Assembly: GCA_051599415.1 (NCBI GenBank)
Contig: AP039699.1
Span: forward strand, 310,001-374,000
From: Savitreella phatthalungensis
Taxonomy: Eukaryota
Direction of reading: 5' to 3'
DNA length: 64,000 bases
The stretch's first letter is position 1. Each line of letters starts with the position of its first letter. Below are positions 20,846-29,183 of this stretch, piece after piece. The translations under genes and the position numbers were made by a program. The notes below the pieces were generated by a model. It saw nothing but the letters and a program-made list of their open reading frames with translations, was not told where the DNA came from and did not search any database.

Positions 20846-21925
20846 ATGGCAGAAACAGACGCTCGTCTACCGCCTGACGATCCGCAGACAGACGTCTCCG
20901 ACACCGAAGATGCTGCCGATGCCGCTCCCACATCCTCCGACCCAACCCACGCGTTCGGTGGTGATGTAGATCGTCCTCTAGAAGTGATCGCTGGCGAATC
21001 GTTGGAGGACGATACGTCACTGCTGAGTGACCTGCCTTCCAATACGGTGGATGTGGAGTGCGTGCACCGTAAGATCGGTCGGATGGATTGGCTGGGGCTG
21101 TGCCGGTTTACGCGGATGGAGCGGTTGTGTTTGCGGCAGAATACGATCCGTGAGATCGCCGGCCTGCCGGATACACCTACGCTCACAGAACTCGATCTAT
21201 ACGATAACCTGATCACCGAACCAGCAAACCTAAACCACCAGACAAACCTCGTCTCCTTAGATCTATCGTTCAACAAGATAAAGCATCTCGCTCATCACCT
21301 ACATAACCTCACCAATCTCCAGGAACTCTACCTCGTCCAGAACAAGATCGCGAAGGTTGGTGACGGGCTGAGGGGGTTGATTGGGTTGCGGATGATTGAG
21401 CTGGGTGGGAATCGGTTGCGCGGGTTGGAAGGGCTGGAAGGGTTGAAGGGTTTGGAGGAGTTGTGGTTGGGTAAGAATAAGATAACTGCGTTTGGGGAGT
21501 ACCTGAAGGAGTTTCCTAAACTCAGGCTGCTGTCTATCCAGAGTAATCGTCTCACGGATCTCGCTGGTCTACACTACGTCAAGGATACACTCAAAGAGCT
21601 CTACATCTCACACAACGGCTTGACGAATCTCGATGGGATTGACGCGTGCACGAGGCTTGAGGTTCTGGATGTGAGTAATAATCGACTGACGACGATTGAG
21701 GGGGTTGGCAAGTTGGAAGGGTTGAAGGAGTTCTGGGCGAGTAATAATGGGCTGGAGTCGTTTGATGAGGTCGAGAAGGAATGTGGGCATCTGGTGCATC
21801 TTGATACAGTCTACTTTGAAGGAAATCCACTCCAGCTCAAGAACCCGACGACCTACCGCAACAAGGTCAAACTCGCCCTCCACAACGGTCTCAAACAGAT
21901 CGACGCCAACATGATCCGCGCTTGA
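20846..21925 (+). CDS. SDS22: PP1 regulatory subunit Sds22 (leucine-rich repeats)
   Basis: LRRs LCLRQN, ELDLYDN, LDLSFNKI, ELGGNRL, ELWLGKNKI, LSIQSNRL, ELYISHNG; LRR cap TVYFEGNPLQ..YRNKV..QIDA. Start taken at ATG 20846. Confidence 0.94.
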   Translation: MAETDARLPPDDPQTDVSDTEDAADAAPTSSDPTHAFGGDVDRPLEVIAGESLEDDTSLLSDLPSNTVDVECVHRKIGRMDWLGLCRFTRMERLCLRQNTIREIAGLPDTPTLTELDLYDNLITEPANLNHQTNLVSLDLSFNKIKHLAHHLHNLTNLQELYLVQNKIAKVGDGLRGLIGLRMIELGGNRLRGLEGLEGLKGLEELWLGKNKITAFGEYLKEFPKLRLLSIQSNRLTDLAGLHYVKDTLKELYISHNGLTNLDGIDACTRLEVLDVSNNRLTTIEGVGKLEGLKEFWASNNGLESFDEVEKECGHLVHLDTVYFEGNPLQLKNPTTYRNKVKLALHNGLKQIDANMIRA

Positions 21926-22078
21926 CGTACTTTGTCCGCCTAGCTATAGGTTGTATAATTGAGATACTTCTAATGTCACGCGCGGGGATTTGTTCGTGTA
22001 CGCAAGGCAAGGCCGGGAGATGCTTAAGACAGAATATAGTGTACATCTACATATGATATAGGAGATTTTGAGGAGAAC

Positions 22079-23443
22079 TCACTGTTCGAGACCATCGATC
22101 AGAGAGGTGGTATTTTCACGGGCGGTAGTGATGATGACATCGCCAAGAATTTTGGCTTGGAAGCCTGCCATGCAGTAGGAGAAGTAGAATTCAAACTTTC
22201 GCCGGAAGACCTCGCAGTCGTGGCGAGTCAGGTTCTCCGTCGGATACTGGCGAAGGAGTGCTGGTGCGATATCGGCTTCGAAGTTGTCGAGGAACTTTTT
22301 CCGCCACAGACGAAGGGTTTTCGAGTAGTGTCCGCCGATGTTGAGGATCTCGTCCACGATCAGCTGATTTCGAGAGCCCTTGTTGATGGCTTCGACTAGA
22401 GAGGTGACTGTGGGACAGTGACCTCCCGGGAAGATCCACCGGCGGATAAAGTCGACCTCGTTACAGTATCGCTCGTACCGTGTCTCCGGCATTGTGATCA
22501 CTTGGAACACACCAATACCGCCTTCCTTCTTCAGCAATTTGTCGACGCACTCGAAATAGGTTGAAAGGTACTCCTTTCCTACAGCCTCGATCATCTCGAT
22601 CGAGACGACCTTGTCGTAAGGCTTTTCTGGCACGGGCAGCGACCGGTAGTCGCACAGCTTGACGTCGATTCGGTCGGTGAAGCCTGCTGCGGCGATTCGC
22701 TCACGTGCTAAACGCTGTTGCTCAACGGAGAGAGTGAGCGTGGTGACGCGGCAACCAGTCTTGCGGACTGCCTCGATTGAGAAGGAACCCCAGCCACTGC
22801 CGATTTCTAGCACGTGGTCGGTGGAGACGATGCGAGCGCGATCGATGATCAGCTGCAGCTTGCGCTTCTGTGCGTCTTCCAGCGGCTCCTTTGGCTTCTT
22901 CGGGTCGAAGACTGCGCAGGAGTAGGTCATATCGTGAGAGAGGAAACTCGAGAACATGTCGTTTGAGAGATCGTAGTGGGCAGAAATGTTGTTGATGGCG
23001 TTCTTGACTGAGTTGACGAATCGAGAATTCATGAGGAAGTTGATGCCACTGAAGAGCTTGCTAGCGTAGGTGGTGGCGTCATTTAGGTTCTCCCTGTTGG
23101 CAATAAACATCTGGAAGACTGCGACAAGGTCACTGCAGGCTACATCACCGACCATGTATGCTTCTGCAAATCCGAGGTCACCGCCGATCAGAAGACGGAC
23201 CCAGAAGGTGTCGTTGACGACCCTAAGCTCTGCCTGAGGTGCATCCTTAGTGAGCATATCGCCAAATTCCCAGACTCCCTGCTCGGTCAGGATGCGCAGC
23301 TTGCCGACGGTGATGCGCTTCATGAGGGAGAGAATGGAGTTGCGTGCGACGTTGACGAGTGGTCCCCATGACTTGCCCACGAGAAAGTTTCGAGAGTTGT
23401 CGTAGGCGGAGAGGAGACCTCCATTCTTAGCGTTGAGCTCCAT
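22079..23443 (-). CDS. Cyclopropane-fatty-acyl-phospholipid synthase-like SAM methyltransferase
   Basis: GDLGFAEAYM, NISAHYDLSN, MTYSCA, VLEIGSGWG, SIEMIEAVG, FIRRWIFPGG, HYSKTLRLWR, YFSYCMAGF. Confidence 0.9.
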   Translation of the reverse strand: MELNAKNGGLLSAYDNSRNFLVGKSWGPLVNVARNSILSLMKRITVGKLRILTEQGVWEFGDMLTKDAPQAELRVVNDTFWVRLLIGGDLGFAEAYMVGDVACSDLVAVFQMFIANRENLNDATTYASKLFSGINFLMNSRFVNSVKNAINNISAHYDLSNDMFSSFLSHDMTYSCAVFDPKKPKEPLEDAQKRKLQLIIDRARIVSTDHVLEIGSGWGSFSIEAVRKTGCRVTTLTLSVEQQRLARERIAAAGFTDRIDVKLCDYRSLPVPEKPYDKVVSIEMIEAVGKEYLSTYFECVDKLLKKEGGIGVFQVITMPETRYERYCNEVDFIRRWIFPGGHCPTVTSLVEAINKGSRNQLIVDEILNIGGHYSKTLRLWRKKFLDNFEADIAPALLRQYPTENLTRHDCEVFRRKFEFYFSYCMAGFQAKILGDVIITTARENTTSLIDGLEQ

Positions 23444-24184
23444 AGGGCGAAGGGGACGAATGAACGTCGAACGTCAAAGGATGGCAAAGTAGGACAGTGA
23501 GAGAGAAGAAGTAGGGACAATGATAGAGAAGCTTCTTGATGTCGAGGTTGACGCAGGATGATGAGTGAAGCGAGAGTTTGAGAGTTGCAGAGGTTTCGGA
23601 GGATTGCAGAGTAGGTAGCCAGGTAGAGGTGCAGCTGCGGAGATGCGCTATAGCGTGCGTGCGTGCGTGCGTAGAGTTGGGTAATTGTGGTTGCGTAAGG
23701 GTATAATGATGATCTGGGTAATTAACATTAATCTGCGATAGAGTACGAGGATGAGGATTAAATACTGCCGACCGATTTAACCACTAGAGCTCTGAATCAT
23801 GCAATCCACCCTTTCACCTTCTAATTGTGGATCAGCTGCATATGTGCTTGTCATTATCATATGTTCATGTTCATGCTGTACGGTACATATGACGGCTGCC
23901 AGCAGGGAAGCCATGACCGAATTTCAAGATCAAGATCGAGCTGCATCGATGCAGGCAATATCAAGTCAGTAAGTTTTTGTTGAGCTTCAATTGAAGGGAA
24001 ATACTAAGCGGGTCATCCGATGTGCAATCAACTTGATGTGATCTTTTTCAAAGTGACTGACTAAAATTAGATAGGAATGGCTGGCAGCGTGGCTGATTGA
24101 CTGACTAACTGGCTGACAGTAACTGAATGGCTAACTGACTGGATGACTGAATCTAGATCTGATCTAGATCTCCATTCAGATATC

Positions 24185-24527
24185 TGTTGGAATCCAGCAG
24201 TCACGTGCTGGATTGACAGCACGTGCGCACAATAAACACGTGCAGAACCGAACGCTAGGTTCGTGTCAAGGATGCGACCTCGATTTTACTGACGCGTCCT
24301 CGGCTATCAGGACGCGTCTGTCGCCCCCCTGGTCTCCTGGGTTCCGACTTACTGGTACCGCCTAGAACAGGTCTATATAAGTCCCATACAAACACATAGA
24401 AATACCACCTTCGTCTACACACAGTAACGGAGTACCACACTCATAGGGTAGTCAGTGCGACATCTCTTGATCAAGCCACACTTAGCCACACACGTGATCT
24501 ACCACGTGGGAAGATGAGCGTTCAACA
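24185..24527 (+). repeat. 5' LTR (343 bp)
   Basis: TGTTG...CAACA termini; TATATAA at 24374-24380; identical to the 3' LTR except at 3 positions. Confidence 0.97.
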
Positions 24528-27500
24528 GGTTATGGGCCCGGACACGTCAAGAGGTCAAGGAAGTAAGAAAAGGCCTACGTTCCCTTGCCCTAGGCAGGAT
24601 TACTACCTATGGTACACCGCCATGAAGGCGGAGGTCCTGAGGAAAGGATATTACCCTCAGGTATTCGATAATGAGATTATCGAACTCACTAGAAGCGCGA
24701 AAAAGGTATACGCCAGCTATCAGTCAGTGGCAGTCGCCAGGCTAGCCACCGTGGTCCAGGAAATGGAGCTCGAGACCAGGCCAGAGGTCAGGGCGAGGCG
24801 CCCAACGAGCTCCAACAAGCAAGACTCTGCCAATACGGCTACCGAGCAGTCTGAAAAGGTCGATCGAAAGGATCGAAAGGACCTAGAGGAACTCATTCAA
24901 AGAGGGCATGAGGCGTACGGAACGGTCCTGGAGACCCTCAACAACAGTTCCATCCTACTGCAGGTCGTCAAGGACTGCAAGGACGCAGCCTCGGTCCTCG
25001 AAAGGCTTGAAGAACGCTACAGCACTCCTCGTAAGGACATTGTCATGAACATACGCAGGGATCTAAGGCAGCTCAAGGCCAGGGGGCCTGACAGGGCATC
25101 AGTCGAGGCCTACCTCATCAAACACGAAGCCTTAAGGACCAAGATTGTCGAGCTAAACGGCAGGGGCATCGAAAACGAAGAAGGATGCGAATGGCTCCAC
25201 ATGGGGCTGCCGCACACGATGCGCGCCACCATCCAAGCGCTGGAGGACCATCCACACATGACTCTCGATGAATCCTTGCGCATAGCGCACAAAGAAGTGC
25301 GTGCCTACCACTACGAACAGTTCGTGAACGCCTTATCGGTGGTGTCGCCTTTCGCAGTATCTTCGAGGAACAATCAACGTGAAACGCGACCTGAAACTTT
25401 TTCGCAAGTTTCACCTAGCGAAAAGGCGTACGCAGCGGCAGAAGGTTCTCGCAGAAGGACACCACCCACCTATACGAAAGGACGTCCACAACGTCCTAGC
25501 CTACTCTGCCACCAGTGTAAGTCGCCAAACCACCTCAAAAGAGACTGCCCAGACCTCAAGGACCCCAGCAATGCCAGCGCCACCGGCAAAAACGGTCCAG
25601 AAAGAGCTTTTATGGCATTCGCAAAGATCCAACAGAAAGAAGAAGAAACCTCCCTCTCCCACAGGTTCATCCTAGACTCAGGAGCAAGCTCACACTTCAC
25701 TCCACACCTCGAATGGCTCGAAGGCTACCAGCCTTACGCTAACCCCATCCAGATATCCTCCGCTGACGGTATAGAAAAGGCCTACGGAGAAGGCACGTGC
25801 ACCATCACCCTCGAAGGCAGCGAGCCTCTACCGGTACACAAGGTTCTCTACGTCCCCAGCTTCAAGCAGAGCATGCTGTCCGTCAGCAGGCTAGACGCCC
25901 TAGGCCTTTCGGTATCCTTCCGCGCAGGAAAGGCGGAAATTCGCCGCGAAAAGGAACTATACGCCACGGCAACCATGGTGGAGGGGCTCTACGAGTTACA
26001 AGCTGACGTCAAACAGCAGAGAAAGGCAGAGCGCGCGTTCTACAGCTCCGAGGCAAGAACCCTCGACATCGGCAAATGGCATACGAGGCTCGGCCACATG
26101 CCGCTGGAAACGATTGCGAAGGCAAAGAAACTCACCACAGGCATCCCTGACGACCTAGTGACCTCCCAGGTCGCTCTCGAATGCGATGGCTGCCAGGTCG
26201 GACGCCTCGCCCGATCTTCCTTCCCTACACGGCAAGATATGAGCACTAAGAAACTACAGATCGTCCACATGGATATCGCCGGCCCTCTTCCGACCTCAGG
26301 AATCAACCAGGCAAGGTATCTTCTGGTCCTAGTCGACTCATTCACCAGAATGACCTGGACGCGCGCACTGGAACAGAAATCGGCGAAGCATCTACGCACC
26401 TCCTTCATCACGTGGATGCGGCAGGTGGAGCGACAATGCGGGGAACGCCTCGTGACCCTTCGATCTGACGGCGATCTCGCCTTCCGCCTCCTCGGACAGG
26501 AACTACGCCGCGACCAGGGTATCACTCACGAGGTCACTGTCCCCTACACGCCCGAGCAGAACGGCGTCGCCGAACGGCACATCAGGACTATCGTCGAAAA
26601 GATACGATCATGCTCACTATCTACAGGACTACCGGACCAGCTTTGGCCCGAACTGGCACGTGCCACTGCCTATCTCGGTAATCGCTCCCCACACGCCGGA
26701 AAGGAAAAGACTCCGATCGAACTCTGGAGCGGCCGCAAGCCTGATCTATCTCATCTTCGCACCCTAGGCACAAAGGCCTGGGTCAAGTTGCCTCTACCGG
26801 GTGCCAAGCTAACCGCCAGGGCAGCCGAAATGTACCTCGTCGGCTACGACGAAGTCACAAAAGGGTGGCGATTCTACCACGCGAATTCTGGCAAGATCTG
26901 TATCAGCCACACAGCACGATTCTTTACTTCACAGAATCTAGCGACCCCAGGCACGCGCGGCACTGCACCTTCCAACACGAACACGGCACAAGTCCATCTC
27001 GGAACTACTCCCATCTCCCCCGGCGAAGAGGAACTCGCCGACGAACAAGAATGGACCGACGAAGAGAGAGGACTCGCCGAACCCCACTGGGCCGTTCACG
27101 AAGACATCAAACCATACGAGGACCTCAGCACCGACGATCAGGACGCCTCGCAACAACTACAGGAAACGACCGAGGACTTCGACCAACCTGAAGGATCTAC
27201 GGCGATCCTCGAGGTACCTACGACAGAGGGGGCCTACCACGCACGTGCGTCACGTGGCTCGGCTTCGGCACCTCCAACCCCCGAAGGCGACCCGATCGAT
27301 CTCAAGGACGCGCGATCTCGGCCCGACTGGCAACACTGGAAGGAGGCAATGGACAAGGAGATGTCTTCTCTTACCAGCAAGCACGTCTTCGAGTACACCA
27401 AACCCCCGACGGACGCCAATATCGTCACCAACAAATGGGTGTTCAAGCTGAAAAGAAAGGCCGACGGGTCGGTCGACAAGTACAAGGCAAGACTCGTTGC

Positions 27501-28872
27501 CCGCGGCTTCTCTCAGGTGTACGGCCTGGACTACACGGAGACTTATGCGCCGGTCGCACGACTCGATAGCGTTTGCCTCGTCATCGCCCTGGCGGCCCTG
27601 CGAAATCTCCAACTCTACCAGCTCGATATTGGCACCGCCTACCTCAACGGAGATCTTTCGGAAGAGATCTACATGCGAGCTCCGAACGGCTACGAGGCTC
27701 CAGGCACGGTTGTACGACTACGAAAAACTCTCTACGGACTCAAGCAGGCTGGGCGCGAATGGAACAAGAAACTACACGCCTCTCTCGATCGCCTCGGCTG
27801 GCAGCGCATGAAATCAGAGTCATGCCTCTATCGCAATCAACTAGGCTATCTCCTCTGCGTATACGTCGATGACCTCATCCTCGCCTGCCCCTCGGAGACA
27901 GGGATGATCGACCTCGCCAATGATCTTCGGCGCGAATACGAAGTCGAAGCAGCACCAGCGACTTCCATCCTCGGCATCAGGATATTAGACACACCCAGTG
28001 GCTTCGCGATCGACCAAAGCTACGCTATCGAGGCTCTCGCCAAGCGATACGGCGTTCACGAGCGGAGATCGGCATCTACACCTTTGACACCTGGTCACGC
28101 GCTGAAGATTGCTACAAAAGAGGAAAGTCGAAGCGACCTTCCGTATCGGGAACTGCTCGGCGGCATCATGTACATCATGACAGGCACTCGGCCCGATCTC
28201 GCCTACCCGATCTCCTTCCTTGCTCGCTTCTCTAGCGCACACACAGAGATCCACTGGAATGCCCTGCTACGAGTACTCACCTATGCCTACGGTACGCGCG
28301 ACAAGGCACTGCACTACGATCGAAAGGGAAACTCTCGCCTCCTAGGCTACTCGGACTCAGACTGGGCAGGAGACCTGGACACTCGCAAGAGCACACATGG
28401 CTACGCTTTCCTCCTCGCAGGATGTGCCATCTCCTGGAAATCTCAACGGCAAGAGTGCGTCGCCCTATCCTCGACCGAAGCAGAGTACATCGGCATGTGC
28501 CTTGCAGGCAAGGAAGCCTGCCACCTACGGCAGCTACTACAGGACCTTCGCGACAACAACCAAGACGAGACCACCACCCTGCTAGTCGATAATCAGTCAG
28601 CCATGGCCCTCGCAAAGAATCCGACCTCACACGCGCGATCCAAGCACATTGAGATCCGATGGCACTGGATACGGGACGTCATCCAACGAGGGATCCTCCA
28701 CCTACAATGGACAGACACACACCAGCAACTGGCAGACGTACTCACAAAAGCTCTCACAGGAGAAAGGGTCGAATACCTCTCAGACGGACTCGGACTACGC
28801 CTGCGAAAGGACACGTCAGACATCTTTGTTCGAGAGGGGGTGTTGGAATCCAGCAGTCACGTGCTGGATTGA
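24514..28872 (+). CDS. Copia Gag-Pol polyprotein (single ORF, 1452 aa)
   Basis: Zn knuckle CHQCKSPNHLKRDC, protease ILDSGASSH, integrase WHTRLGH..CDGC, HMD..RSD..PEQNGVAER, RT YKARLVARGF..YVDD, RNase H YSDSDWAG..SSTEAEY..KHIEIR..LADVLTK. IN precedes RT, which is the copia order. Confidence 0.97.
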   Translation: MSVQQVMGPDTSRGQGSKKRPTFPCPRQDYYLWYTAMKAEVLRKGYYPQVFDNEIIELTRSAKKVYASYQSVAVARLATVVQEMELETRPEVRARRPTSSNKQDSANTATEQSEKVDRKDRKDLEELIQRGHEAYGTVLETLNNSSILLQVVKDCKDAASVLERLEERYSTPRKDIVMNIRRDLRQLKARGPDRASVEAYLIKHEALRTKIVELNGRGIENEEGCEWLHMGLPHTMRATIQALEDHPHMTLDESLRIAHKEVRAYHYEQFVNALSVVSPFAVSSRNNQRETRPETFSQVSPSEKAYAAAEGSRRRTPPTYTKGRPQRPSLLCHQCKSPNHLKRDCPDLKDPSNASATGKNGPERAFMAFAKIQQKEEETSLSHRFILDSGASSHFTPHLEWLEGYQPYANPIQISSADGIEKAYGEGTCTITLEGSEPLPVHKVLYVPSFKQSMLSVSRLDALGLSVSFRAGKAEIRREKELYATATMVEGLYELQADVKQQRKAERAFYSSEARTLDIGKWHTRLGHMPLETIAKAKKLTTGIPDDLVTSQVALECDGCQVGRLARSSFPTRQDMSTKKLQIVHMDIAGPLPTSGINQARYLLVLVDSFTRMTWTRALEQKSAKHLRTSFITWMRQVERQCGERLVTLRSDGDLAFRLLGQELRRDQGITHEVTVPYTPEQNGVAERHIRTIVEKIRSCSLSTGLPDQLWPELARATAYLGNRSPHAGKEKTPIELWSGRKPDLSHLRTLGTKAWVKLPLPGAKLTARAAEMYLVGYDEVTKGWRFYHANSGKICISHTARFFTSQNLATPGTRGTAPSNTNTAQVHLGTTPISPGEEELADEQEWTDEERGLAEPHWAVHEDIKPYEDLSTDDQDASQQLQETTEDFDQPEGSTAILEVPTTEGAYHARASRGSASAPPTPEGDPIDLKDARSRPDWQHWKEAMDKEMSSLTSKHVFEYTKPPTDANIVTNKWVFKLKRKADGSVDKYKARLVARGFSQVYGLDYTETYAPVARLDSVCLVIALAALRNLQLYQLDIGTAYLNGDLSEEIYMRAPNGYEAPGTVVRLRKTLYGLKQAGREWNKKLHASLDRLGWQRMKSESCLYRNQLGYLLCVYVDDLILACPSETGMIDLANDLRREYEVEAAPATSILGIRILDTPSGFAIDQSYAIEALAKRYGVHERRSASTPLTPGHALKIATKEESRSDLPYRELLGGIMYIMTGTRPDLAYPISFLARFSSAHTEIHWNALLRVLTYAYGTRDKALHYDRKGNSRLLGYSDSDWAGDLDTRKSTHGYAFLLAGCAISWKSQRQECVALSSTEAEYIGMCLAGKEACHLRQLLQDLRDNNQDETTTLLVDNQSAMALAKNPTSHARSKHIEIRWHWIRDVIQRGILHLQWTDTHQQLADVLTKALTGERVEYLSDGLGLRLRKDTSDIFVREGVLESSSHVLD
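24528..24539 (+). other. Primer-binding site GGTTATGGGCCC (initiator tRNA-Met anticodon-arm type)
   Basis: Directly follows the 5' LTR; complementary to GGGC(C/U)CAUAACC of tRNAiMet and lacks TGG. Confidence 0.85.
28832..28840 (+). other. Polypurine tract
   Basis: GAGAGGGGG abutting the 3' LTR. Confidence 0.85.
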
Positions 28873-29183
28873 CAGCACGTGCACACAATAAACACGTGCA
28901 GAACCGAACGCTAGGTTTGTGTCAAGGATGCGACCTCGATTTTACTGACGCGTCCTCGGCTATCAGGACGCGTCTGTCGCCCCCCTGGTCTCCTGGGTTC
29001 CGACTTACTGGTACTGCCTAGAACAGGTCTATATAAGTCCCATACAAACACATAGAAATACCACCTTCGTCTACACACAGTAACGGAGTACCACACTCAT
29101 AGGGTAGTCAGTGCGACATCTCTTGATCAAGCCACACTTAGCCACACACGTGATCTACCACGTGGGAAGATGAGCGTTCAACA
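28841..29183 (+). repeat. 3' LTR (343 bp)
   Basis: Direct repeat of 24185-24527, followed by the TSD ATATC. Confidence 0.97.

Larger units (their letters stand above)
24185..29183 (+). mobile_element. Full-length Ty1/copia LTR retrotransposon
   Basis: Two 343-bp TG..CA LTRs, 5-bp TSD ATATC (24180-24184 and 29184-29188), PBS, PPT and an intact gag-PR-IN-RT-RH ORF. Confidence 0.98.

Noticed and set aside
23706..23795. ATGATGA...ATGAGGA...CTGA spaced like a C/D snoRNA
   Set aside because: No terminal stem and no recognisable rRNA-complementary guide; it lies in a promoter region.
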